Below, one piece after another: positions 21,121 to 30,148 of a stretch of DNA of 64,000 bases. The stretch's first letter is position 1, and every line of letters begins with the position of its first letter. The translations under genes were made by a program, and so were the position numbers. The notes beneath the pieces were generated by a model. The model worked only from the letters and a program-made list of their open reading frames with translations. It ran no database searches and was not told the origin of the DNA. The DNA is from an uncultured bacterium (GTDB lineage Bacteria > Desulfobacterota_D > UBA1144 > Nemesobacterales > UBA2774), in contig CAWGRW010000009.1 in assembly GCA_963825135.1 (NCBI GenBank), positions 1,408,001 to 1,472,000 of the forward strand, given 5' to 3'.

Positions 21121-22446
21121 TCATTTGAGCCATATATAGCGGGCGACGAAGAGCACGGCGAATAGATAAAGGAGCCAGTGCACCCTCTTCCCCCGGCCGG
21201 TTACGACTTTCAGGAGCACGTACGAGATAATTCCGAACGAGATGCCTTCAGTGATACTGAATGCGAGCGGCATCATCACGAGCGTGAGAAAAGCCGGTAT
21301 CGACTCCGTGTAGTCCTCCCACTCTATGTGCGTGATGTTTCTAAACATCATGCTTCCCACGATAATCAGCGCGGGGGCGATGACGGGATAGAGCGTTACG
21401 TTTCCGTCCGTGTGGTACCCCGCCCCGATCATATGCACCAGGGGGCTGAAGAATATCGACAGCAGGAATAGTATCGCCACTACTATACCGGTGAGGCCGG
21501 TCCTTCCTCCCGCCGATATGCCGGAGGCGCTCTCTATATAGCTCGTTACCGTGGACGTGCCGAGCACGGCACCGCCGCATATGGCTATGGCGTCCGACAG
21601 GAGCGCCTGCCTCGCCCTTGGCAGCTTTCCCTCCCTCATGAGCCCGCCCTGCTGGCTCACCCCCGTGAGCGTCCCCACCGTGTCGAAAAGGCCCAGGAAG
21701 AGGAAAACGAATATAACGGTGATGAGGTGCGGGTCCTTAAAAATATTCGGGATACTGAGCTTTAGGAGCGTAGGGGCAATAGACGGGGGCGCCGATAGGA
21801 AGCCCTTGAATTCCACGATGCCCGTGATGAGTCCGGCCGCGCCGGCCGCGAGTATGCCTATCAGTATCGCTCCCCTGACTTTTAGGGCCAAAAGCGCGGC
21901 CATTATAACGAGTCCCAATATGGCTACGAGTGTCGGCGTTGACGTAATGTCCCCGAGCGTCACGTACGTCACAGGGTGCGGGGCCACGATTCCCGACCAT
22001 TCCAGTCCCACAAGCGCTATGAGGAGACCGATTCCCACGGGTATGCCGCTCTTGAGGCAGCCCGGCAGCACGTTCATGAGCTTCTCCCTGAGTCCCACCG
22101 TGGAAAGCAGGATAAACACGAGCCCGGCGACAAATACCGCCCCGAGCGCGTTCTGCCAGGAATAACCGAGCGTGAGCACGACTATGTATGTGAAGTAAAA
22201 GTTGTGCCCCATCGCCGGTGCTATGGCTATGGGGTAGTTGGCCAGTAGCGCCATTAGCACGGTGCCGAGAGCGCTCGCTATGCACGTCGCGACCATTACC
22301 GCGCCCGGGTCCATCCCCGCGGCGCCCATGACGGCGGGCTGGACAAAAATGATGTACGACATCGTCATGAATGTCGTTATGCCCGCGACCGTTTCGCGGC
22401 CGGGGTTCGTATCCTGCTCCTTCAGATCGAACAGTCTTTCAAGCAT
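21121..22446 (-). CDS. NCS2 (AzgA/PbuG-like) nucleobase permease
   Basis: AGITTFMTMSYIIFV, APAMG, FDTVGT and YIESASGISAGGRTGLT motifs; many TM segments; start placed at MLERLF. Confidence 0.9.
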   Translation of the reverse strand: MLERLFDLKEQDTNPGRETVAGITTFMTMSYIIFVQPAVMGAAGMDPGAVMVATCIASALGTVLMALLANYPIAIAPAMGHNFYFTYIVVLTLGYSWQNALGAVFVAGLVFILLSTVGLREKLMNVLPGCLKSGIPVGIGLLIALVGLEWSGIVAPHPVTYVTLGDITSTPTLVAILGLVIMAALLALKVRGAILIGILAAGAAGLITGIVEFKGFLSAPPSIAPTLLKLSIPNIFKDPHLITVIFVFLFLGLFDTVGTLTGVSQQGGLMREGKLPRARQALLSDAIAICGGAVLGTSTVTSYIESASGISAGGRTGLTGIVVAILFLLSIFFSPLVHMIGAGYHTDGNVTLYPVIAPALIIVGSMMFRNITHIEWEDYTESIPAFLTLVMMPLAFSITEGISFGIISYVLLKVVTGRGKRVHWLLYLFAVLFVARYIWLK

Positions 22447-22599
22447 TCGGACAGGCATGGGCGATGAAAATTCCAATTTTCATTATCACACGATGACGAG
22501 TATTATGTCAATCACGGATGCGGACAACGGGAATTATTATTAGCCCCGTAATTGCGGTTATATTCTTCTTGTCTCATTAGGTTCGGCTGTGCGGAGATC

Positions 22600-23346
22600 A
22601 TGCCTCAATATCTCGAAATTCTGATTCTCTTCTTTGTGGGTCTCCTCGCAGGAGCAATCAATGTGATGGCCGGGGGCGGCTCGAGCCTTACCCTTCCCGC
22701 CCTCATTTTCATGGGACTCGACAGCGCAGCCGCAAACGGGACTAACCGTATCGGGATTCTGCTGCAAGGCATGTTCTCCACCCTCTCTTACCGGAAGGAA
22801 AAGCTTTCCGAAATTGAAAAGAGCATCAAGCTCTCGCTGCTGACGCTCCCCGGAGCCGTGCTCGGGGCGCTGCTCGCGCTTAAGATAAGCAACGAATGGT
22901 TCGACAGGATACTGGGTATCGTCATGATCGGGGTAATCATATCCATGCTGATTCCCCAATCCAAACTCGAAATTTCGGCCGGCGGGGAAAGAAAATCATG
23001 GCTCATATACCCGGTCATGTTCGCAATAGGATTCTACGGCGGGTTCATTCAGGTCGGGGTCGGGTTTTTAATAATGGCGGCTCTCTATCACCTTTTAAGG
23101 ATCGATCTCATACACGTGAATATGCATAAGGTCTTCATAACGATGATTTACACGGTACCGACGTTGTTAATCTTTATCTGGTCGGGCAATGTGGACTGGC
23201 TCTTCGGGCTCAGTCTCGCTGCCGGGACCAGCATCGGCGGCTGGTGGGCGGTGCGCTTTTCTATCAAGGGCGGGGAGAGGGTTATCCGCTACGTCATGGT
23301 CCTCGCGATCTTTATCATAGCGTTAAAGTTGCTCGGGATAATCTAA
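22600..23346 (+). CDS. TauE/SafE (sulfite exporter) family membrane protein
   Basis: AGGGSSLTLP, ANGTNR and GFYGGFIQVGVG motifs; GGAG SD before MPQYL. Confidence 0.88.
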   Translation: MPQYLEILILFFVGLLAGAINVMAGGGSSLTLPALIFMGLDSAAANGTNRIGILLQGMFSTLSYRKEKLSEIEKSIKLSLLTLPGAVLGALLALKISNEWFDRILGIVMIGVIISMLIPQSKLEISAGGERKSWLIYPVMFAIGFYGGFIQVGVGFLIMAALYHLLRIDLIHVNMHKVFITMIYTVPTLLIFIWSGNVDWLFGLSLAAGTSIGGWWAVRFSIKGGERVIRYVMVLAIFIIALKLLGII

Positions 23347-23363
23347 AGGGATATAGTTGTGCT

Positions 23364-23957
23364 ATGGATTTCGGAGATATAGTCGGCAAGATCCGCGCGC
23401 GCGCGAAAACCTTTCCTTATATCATAGCCATCGACGGGACTATTGGGAGCGGAAAGAGCTATCTGGGCAAGAAACTGAAGGAAGCCCTTTCTCCCCGCGC
23501 GCTCCTGATCACAATGGATTTATTCGTTTGCGTCCCCAGGTCGGAATGGGACAGCAAAATCGAGGAGGGAAACATACGCCTCCGCGACTGGTACGATATG
23601 GGCAAGGCCAAAGAAATGCTTCTGTCCATACGGTCGAATAAGACCTTCGAAATATCGGGCATATACGACCTCAAAACCGGAAATATCTGCAGCCGGATCG
23701 AGATCGCCCCGGGAAGTTACAGGTACTTCATTCTGGAAGGGCTCTTTTCTCTCGACGATGAGCTCGACGGGCTTGTTGATTTAGGGATTTTCGTGGATAC
23801 GCCCGCGGACGTTGCGCTCACCAGGGCCGAATCGAGAGACGAATCGAAGCGTAATCTCGACCCTAACGGGTGGATTGAAAAGAAGGAGATATACTACGAG
23901 GGTTACCTGCCCTACATCGATAAGCACAGGAAGAAAGCCGATTTAATTCTGGATTAG
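23364..23957 (+). CDS. Uridine kinase-like P-loop kinase
   Basis: IAIDGTIGSGKS Walker A motif, ILEG, and a lid R...RD. Confidence 0.75.
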   Translation: MDFGDIVGKIRARAKTFPYIIAIDGTIGSGKSYLGKKLKEALSPRALLITMDLFVCVPRSEWDSKIEEGNIRLRDWYDMGKAKEMLLSIRSNKTFEISGIYDLKTGNICSRIEIAPGSYRYFILEGLFSLDDELDGLVDLGIFVDTPADVALTRAESRDESKRNLDPNGWIEKKEIYYEGYLPYIDKHRKKADLILD

Positions 23958-23967
23958 TGCCGGACTA

Positions 23968-24750
23968 TCAGGGCTTGAAAGCAGGTTCTTCTTTTCCCAG
24001 ATAGACGGACATCGCCCCGCCTTCGACGAATATGGTCTGGCCCGTAATGTAAGAAGCCTCATCCGTCGCGAACATCACGGCAGGCGGCACCATGTCCTCA
24101 GGTTTACCTCTTCTCCCCTCGGGGATTCCCCTCGTCATGTAATCGTCGTATTCAGGGTTTTTGGACGCGGATAGCGGCGTGATCGTGGAGCCCGGACCGA
24201 TACAGTTAACCGTTATGTTGTATTGAGCGAGGTCGACCGCCATCACCCTCGTCACGTTGATCAGCGCCCCTTTCGCCGCGTGGTAGGCGATCGAGATCGG
24301 GTGCATGTCCATGGCGCCCGCAACGGAGCCTATATTAATTATCCTTCCGGGAGTCCCTTGCCTGATCACCTGCTTTGCGAAGCTCTGAGAGAGAAAAAAG
24401 GCGCTCTTCAAATTTATATGCATCATCTTGTCCCAGTCTTCAGGCGTTACGTCGAATACGGCCTCGCGCCTCGCGTAACCTGCGTCGTTCACGAGTATGT
24501 CCGCTTTACCGAACGTATTTACGGCCGCATCCAGCAATTCCCGGTGCTTGCCGAGGTCTGAAACGTCGAGCGTAAAATATGCGGCCTTCCCACCCAGGCC
24601 CTCGACCTCCCTTACCGTGTCCCTGCATGGGTCCTCGTGGAGAGACGCGATTATGACTTTAGCCCCTTCCTTGACGTATCCAAGCGCGATCGCGCGTCCG
24701 ATCCCGGACGACCCCCCCGTGATAATCGCTACTTTATCTTTTAGTCTCAT
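23968..24750 (-). CDS. Short-chain dehydrogenase/reductase
   Basis: TGGSSGIG, YHAAKG and ITGQTIFVEGG motifs. Confidence 0.9.
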   Translation of the reverse strand: MRLKDKVAIITGGSSGIGRAIALGYVKEGAKVIIASLHEDPCRDTVREVEGLGGKAAYFTLDVSDLGKHRELLDAAVNTFGKADILVNDAGYARREAVFDVTPEDWDKMMHINLKSAFFLSQSFAKQVIRQGTPGRIINIGSVAGAMDMHPISIAYHAAKGALINVTRVMAVDLAQYNITVNCIGPGSTITPLSASKNPEYDDYMTRGIPEGRRGKPEDMVPPAVMFATDEASYITGQTIFVEGGAMSVYLGKEEPAFKP

Positions 24751-24954
24751 CCTGATACCCTCATTCTGTGGTTTGTCGCGGCAATCTTGGAAATTAAAAG
24801 CTCAAACCGGCGTGCCGGCTTTGCTGGTTAAAATATAATCGGCGCCCGGCTAATAAAATTCATACTACAATTGCATGTAAAATGGAAGAGTGAATTGTTG
24901 GTGAGGGGAATAAGATAGGCGAGTGCCATATAATAATTAGCCGGAGAGTGAGCA

Positions 24955-25779
24955 ATGAAGTCTGAGCGTTTCAACATCCTAGGTCGCGAGATTTTTATCA
25001 GATACCGCATAAATCAGAGTGGACGAACTCCGATTTTATTTATTCACGGCATAGGCGAGTCCGGCAGGTGTTTCTTTGACGCCTTCGGCATGCCGAAGAA
25101 ATACGATATTATCGTTCCGGATCTACTCGGTTTCGGTAAGAGTGAGAAGGTTAAAGACCAACCCGATTATTCGTTCTCTTTTCAGATTGACATTCTCAGG
25201 GAGGTGATAGGCCTCTTCGATCTCAAAGATATAGTCCTGGTCGGCCATTCTTACGGCGGCGTGCTGGGGACGTTCCTGTGCAGGGATGATGAGAATGGCG
25301 GGATTAAAAAATTCGTGAACGTCGAAGGGTGCATAACGCGGGACACCTTGGTCTTATCGACGAATGCTGTGACGGCGCTCGGGCAATTCAATCACGGCAT
25401 GTCGGAATTTGGTAATTGGCTCCATGAAGGAGGTTTCAAAAAGATTTTACTTGAGGATAATGAGAGCGCTTCGACAATAAAGTATTTCGATTCCGTAATC
25501 GAGTGTGACCCGGTGGCTTTTGCTCAAGCAGCGGAAGAATTGGTAAGGAGGACCGAAGGCGAGGACGAGTCGGGCAATAATGAAATTTCACTCGCATACA
25601 AGGATCTCGAATTGCCCAGAATCTTCTGTGCCGGAACTAGGCCCGTCATGGATTCTACCAAAGGCTTTCTATCCGGAAATAATCTGGAATGGAAGGAGGT
25701 TAACGTGGTCTCCCATTGGCTGATGCTCGACAGGCGGGAGGAGTTTTATGCATTTTTAGATGGTTACATAAGGGCATAG
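24955..25779 (+). CDS. Alpha/beta hydrolase
   Basis: FIHGIG, PDLLGFGKS, GHSYGG nucleophile elbow, and SHWLM. Confidence 0.85.
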   Translation: MKSERFNILGREIFIRYRINQSGRTPILFIHGIGESGRCFFDAFGMPKKYDIIVPDLLGFGKSEKVKDQPDYSFSFQIDILREVIGLFDLKDIVLVGHSYGGVLGTFLCRDDENGGIKKFVNVEGCITRDTLVLSTNAVTALGQFNHGMSEFGNWLHEGGFKKILLEDNESASTIKYFDSVIECDPVAFAQAAEELVRRTEGEDESGNNEISLAYKDLELPRIFCAGTRPVMDSTKGFLSGNNLEWKEVNVVSHWLMLDRREEFYAFLDGYIRA

Positions 25780-25828
25780 GCTGTGAAGGGCTTCCGGAAT
25801 CGAGTATCATTATTCGGAGAGGTTAGTT

Positions 25829-26779
25829 ATGCGTGTAATAGTTGCCAAACCGAGGGGTTTTTGCGCCGGGGTAGACCGTGCCATCGAAATTGTCGAGCGC
25901 GCGCTCGAGATGTACGGGCCCCCGATATACGTCCGCCATGCGATTGTCCATAATAAGCGCGTCGTCGAGTCCCTCAAGGATAAGGGTGTCAGGTTCGTGG
26001 AGGAGCTCGCGGAGATCGACCGCAAAGGGGCGAAGGTGATATTCAGCGCCCACGGTATCAGTCCAGCCGTTCGAGAGGAAGCGGAGTGTAGGAACCTCGA
26101 CGTCGTCGACGCGGTTTGCCCGCTCGTGACGAAGGTCCATAACGAGGTCAAGCATTACGCTGACATGGGCTACACGATTATCCTCATCGGGCATAGAAAC
26201 CATGTCGAGGTAATAGGTACCAGCGGTGAGGCCCCGGAGAGGGTTCTGGTCGTGGAATCGGTCGCGGAAGCCGAGGAGGTCGTCCTGGAGGACCCTGACA
26301 GGGTCGCCTACGTCACCCAGACAACATTGAGCGTCGACGATACGAAAGAGATACTGGAAGTGCTAAAGAGAAGGTTCCCTAAAATAATGAACCCGTCCAA
26401 ACTCGACATTTGCTACGCCACTCAGAACAGACAGGACGCGGTTAAAGCCCTCGCTGGACAGGCGGATATCATCTTCATCATGGGCTCGCCCGAAAGCTCC
26501 AATTCGAACCGCCTCGTCGAGGTGGCTAAATCGAACGGCGTAAAGGACGCTTATCTCATTGAGGGTGCGGACAATCTGAGAAGAGAGATGTTCCGGAACG
26601 ATATGGTCGTAGGGCTGAGTTCGGGCGCCTCGACGCCTGAGACAGTCGTACTCGAGGTGATTTCCCGCCTCAGGGAATTCGGAGCCGACGAAGTAGAGGA
26701 GTTAGACGGCAAGGAAGAGCACACGAGGTTCCCGTTCCCCGATACGATCCAATTCAAATCGGCTTCCAGGGCCGTATAG
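25829..26779 (+). CDS. ispH: 4-hydroxy-3-methylbut-2-enyl diphosphate reductase
   Basis: PRGFCAGV, IVHN, CPLVTKVH, QTTLS, ICYATQNRQ and SSNS motifs. Confidence 0.96.
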   Translation: MRVIVAKPRGFCAGVDRAIEIVERALEMYGPPIYVRHAIVHNKRVVESLKDKGVRFVEELAEIDRKGAKVIFSAHGISPAVREEAECRNLDVVDAVCPLVTKVHNEVKHYADMGYTIILIGHRNHVEVIGTSGEAPERVLVVESVAEAEEVVLEDPDRVAYVTQTTLSVDDTKEILEVLKRRFPKIMNPSKLDICYATQNRQDAVKALAGQADIIFIMGSPESSNSNRLVEVAKSNGVKDAYLIEGADNLRREMFRNDMVVGLSSGASTPETVVLEVISRLREFGADEVEELDGKEEHTRFPFPDTIQFKSASRAV

Positions 26780-26853
26780 TTGATCCCGTTAAAGCGGATA
26801 CGATTAGTAAAGCCTCCATTCGCACAGGTTGATTTTGACCGAGCTTTTGATTC

Positions 26854-27363
26854 TCAATCGCAGGGAACTTCGGTAAGCAATCCTGTTTCAATATCATATA
26901 TAAATCCCGAAACCGTAACGTCAGGAGGGGTCAGGGGATGGTCCCTCAGCCTCTTCACGTCGTCTATTATGCTCTGTATCCTGTCGGTGATAGTCAGCCA
27001 GTTGATGTAATCCCCTTCGCTTGTTTTATAGGATTCTCCTGCTTTTTCCGCCATCATTTCATTTGTGAGGTTCTCTATTCCGCAGCCTGTGTGGTGAATG
27101 ACCAGCCACTCGTTCGTGCCCACGAGTCTGTTGGAGATTATTAGCGACCTGACAGCGTCGTCGCTCGCTCTCCCGCCGGCGTTCCTGACGATATGCGCGT
27201 CCCCCGTTTTCAGACCCGCAAGCCGCATGGGCTCTATGCGCGCGTCCATGCAAGTCAGAATAGCGATTTTCCGCGCAGGGGTTATCCCCATCTTCCCCCT
27301 ATCGCCGAATTCCCTGGCGTATTCCCTGTTAGCGATTAATATTCTTGTTACCGTGTCGCCCAT
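26854..27363 (-). CDS. Beta-class carbonic anhydrase (clade D-like)
   Basis: CMDAR, RNAGGR and HHTGCG zinc-binding motifs; GGAGG SD before MGDTV. Confidence 0.9.
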   Translation of the reverse strand: MGDTVTRILIANREYAREFGDRGKMGITPARKIAILTCMDARIEPMRLAGLKTGDAHIVRNAGGRASDDAVRSLIISNRLVGTNEWLVIHHTGCGIENLTNEMMAEKAGESYKTSEGDYINWLTITDRIQSIIDDVKRLRDHPLTPPDVTVSGFIYDIETGLLTEVPCD

Positions 27364-27449
27364 CGCGCCTCCGTTAGAGATCCACGGCGTTGCCGGTCCT
27401 GGATTCCCATACAAATAATTTTTTATAGGTTTTTTTAATACAGTGGTGC

Positions 27450-28565
27450 CTAGTTCAGGAATTCTTTTAAAACGCTGCTTCGCTCGGAACCCGCCAACTT
27501 GGAGAGGGCGTCCTTCTCGATCTGTCTGATCCTTTCCCTGCTGAGGCCGTATTTATCCGCTATCTGTTCGAGCTTGTGGTCGTTATCGTAATCGATCCCG
27601 AACCTCATCTTGAGAACGTCCCTCTCCCTCTCGGACAAAAGATGGAGAGAATTCCGTACCTCTTCGTTTATCGATCTTATAGTCAGATAGAATTCCGGCC
27701 TCTTGGCGCCGGGGTCGGCCGTAATATCCAGATGAGATTTGGAATCCTCATTCCCGGGCAGCAGTTCCAGGGGGACCACGAGATCGTTCCCCTTAAGGAT
27801 CGTGATTACGGCGTCGAGAGGGATATTCACCTCACTTGCTATTTGTTCGGGCATAGCGCTTTTATCGGTATTGCGTTCGAGCTTCGCCTTGGCCCTGTAG
27901 ACCTTGGCTGCCAGCTCCTGGAGATAGACCGGAATCAGGATTATATGGGTCTGCTCCATTACGGCTCTCGACAGAGACTGATGAATCCACCATGATGCAT
28001 AAGTGGAAAACTTGAACCCTTTCGTGTGGTCGAATTTCGTCACCGCTTTCATGAGCCCTATGTTTCCTTCCTGAATCAAATCGGTGAGGGGAAGCCCCCG
28101 CCCGGTGTATTTATTGGCGAGCTCGATTACGAGCCTGAGATTGGACTTGATGAACTTTTCCTGAAAGTGCTTGGACCTTGCAGTATATGATCTGGCGAGG
28201 GCATCGAGAATATGTTCATTCCTTTGCGGGTTCCGGTCACTCGCCCTCGGTTTTTTTTGCAGATGTCCCGCTATTTTTTTTGCCCTGCTTTCGCAAAACT
28301 TTATCTTGGCCGCGAGCACCGCCTCGTCACGCTTGGTGAGAAGGGTCTCATCGTTGAGTTCCTGGAAATAAGCATAAAGAAGTCTGTAATTCTGGTCTGT
28401 TATATCTTTCCCTTTCTTAAAAAACCGGCCTTTTGGTTCTTCCTCCTGCGGTTCCTCTTCTTCATAAGCCGTATTATATTCCTCATCCGAAACGATTTCT
28501 GCGGCAAAGTCCGAATCGTCAAGGCTACTTTCCTCTTCCATATATGCGAGCTGTTTCAGTTTCAT
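27450..28565 (-). CDS. Alternative RNA polymerase sigma-70 factor (RpoD/RpoS-like, no typical region 1.1)
   Basis: Region 1.2 (YFQEL...LLT), region 2 (SNLRLV, DLIQEGNIGLMKAV.KFD..KGFKFSTYASWWI) and region 4 (SRERIRQIE). Confidence 0.92.
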   Translation of the reverse strand: MKLKQLAYMEEESSLDDSDFAAEIVSDEEYNTAYEEEEPQEEEPKGRFFKKGKDITDQNYRLLYAYFQELNDETLLTKRDEAVLAAKIKFCESRAKKIAGHLQKKPRASDRNPQRNEHILDALARSYTARSKHFQEKFIKSNLRLVIELANKYTGRGLPLTDLIQEGNIGLMKAVTKFDHTKGFKFSTYASWWIHQSLSRAVMEQTHIILIPVYLQELAAKVYRAKAKLERNTDKSAMPEQIASEVNIPLDAVITILKGNDLVVPLELLPGNEDSKSHLDITADPGAKRPEFYLTIRSINEEVRNSLHLLSERERDVLKMRFGIDYDNDHKLEQIADKYGLSRERIRQIEKDALSKLAGSERSSVLKEFLN

Positions 28566-28595
28566 GATATCGCTATTCCCGATACAACCGGAATG

Positions 28596-28626
28596 ATTAG
28601 TATACCTAATATTTAGGTTACCTAAA
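28596..28626. promoter_or_regulatory. Two tandem palindromic operators upstream of the sigma gene
   Basis: ATTAG-TATAC-CTAAT (28596-28610) and TTTAG-GTTAC-CTAAA (28612-28626); the first contains a minus-strand TATACT -10 box. Confidence 0.75.
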
Positions 28627-28652
28627 TAATAATACTAAAAAAAATCATAATA

Positions 28653-29270
28653 TCAATTGAGAGTTTTTTTAAAGTGGGGGCATTCTTTGCAGATTTCTTC
28701 TTCGCTCAAGAGTATGTGAAGGTTTTCACAATAGTGGGGTTTGAGTTCTCCTAAGTCTCTGTCTCTTTTGAAAAAACAACAGTCAGTACATATGTCGCCT
28801 GAAAAGATCAACCCCTTTTCTATGAGCTTATCGGAGATTTTGTGTAAGAGCTGCTCGAGTATTTTCTGTTCCTGGGGCTCGAATTCCTTAACTATTTCTT
28901 CTATCTCGTAGCCTATGTTCTCTATATCCCCGACGACCCTTTCACCCTCGGGCGTGAGAGTTAAATGCACCCTTCTTCTGTCCCCGGGGTCCCTAGATCT
29001 CAATATCAGGTTTTTCTTTTCCAGCGAGTCGATTACACCGCTCGCGGTTGCCGGTGTGCAGGTCAGATACCTGGCTATGTTTCCAATGATGATAGCGTCC
29101 TTTCTCGTATAATTGATGAAGAGGAGGGACTTTACCTGTGCTGGAGTAAGGTGCTCCAGCCTGCTCTTGTCCCAGAATAGGTTCTTTACAGCCTGTCCGA
29201 TATGGAACAGGGTTCTTGTAATCTGTCCGCCTATATTATTCTGCCTGTAAACGGGATCAAAAATAGACAT
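28653..29270 (-). CDS. MarR-family regulator with a Cys-rich C-terminal extension
   Basis: Winged HTH with DPGDRRRVHLTLTPEG; tail CTDCC...HYC...CKEC. Confidence 0.88.
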   Translation of the reverse strand: MSIFDPVYRQNNIGGQITRTLFHIGQAVKNLFWDKSRLEHLTPAQVKSLLFINYTRKDAIIIGNIARYLTCTPATASGVIDSLEKKNLILRSRDPGDRRRVHLTLTPEGERVVGDIENIGYEIEEIVKEFEPQEQKILEQLLHKISDKLIEKGLIFSGDICTDCCFFKRDRDLGELKPHYCENLHILLSEEEICKECPHFKKTLN

Positions 29271-29287
29271 GCAATTTTTCCCTCACA

Positions 29288-29302
29288 TTTAGCATACCTA
29301 AA
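29288..29302. promoter_or_regulatory. Palindromic operator upstream of marR
   Basis: TTTAG-CATAC-CTAAA, the same motif as at 28596-28626; contains minus-strand TATGCT with TTGTGA 18 bp upstream. Confidence 0.72.
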
Positions 29303-29388
29303 CATTTATAAAATTCACAAATGTGGAATATGCAGTCTCTCCGCCTGTCGTGAATACGCAAAGCGGCAATCCGATTCTTTCACTCGCA

Positions 29389-30148
29389 TTAAAGAGGGCC
29401 TTCCGATAGAATCCTTTTCGCCCTCTCGTAGGACTCGACCGTCCCTATGTCTATCGCCTCGCCCTCGGCGCGAATTGCATATATATCGTCATGTTCGGCC
29501 AGATACGATATGAAGTATCCGATCTCGTCCCGCGCGTCGGGAGACGACATGTATCCATGAATGCGCTCGAGCGCTCCGGGTTTCAGAAAGTAAAGCGCTG
29601 GGCATGCAAAGTTTGAGGGCGGGTTCTCGGGCTTTTCATGGAACGCTGTAACGCGGCCATCCCGATCGAGCTCGAGCACACCGGTTCTTCTGAGCCTCTG
29701 CGTGTCTTCAGTGGGGAGCGCCAGGACATAGCTTCTATCGCTGCTAAGGAACTTATCCCAAAAGGGCTTGAGCGGGAAGCGAAAGATGTTGTCCCCCGCC
29801 GCGACAACAGACCCGTCGTTCCGCAGCAGAGAATTTACCGCGAATCCCAGGTCCCCCGCCGCCCCGAGCCTTCTTTCCGCACTGCCGACTCCGTCGTTCA
29901 TTATGTAAAGGCTTATTCCCCGCTCCGTTATCGCGTCCCGACTCGTTTCCGCCCAGGCGAGGAAGTGCTTGAAGAATCGGTCGTTTGTCACGATTAGGAT
30001 TGCGTCCAAACCGCTGAAATCCCGGATTTGCCCGATAACGTAGTCGATGACCGGCTTTACCTCCGACATCGAGCAGCGCCTTCGGGAAATCCTTCGTGAG
30101 CGTACCCATCCTCGTAGCGAAGCCAGCGCAGAGTAGTATCGCGTTCAC
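29389..30148 (-). CDS. Sugar-phosphate nucleotidyltransferase, one apparent +1 frameshift near 30057
   Basis: AILLCAGFATRM...PKALLDVGG joins KPVIDY after removing one A; AGDN, FHEKP and DIGT motifs. Confidence 0.88.
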
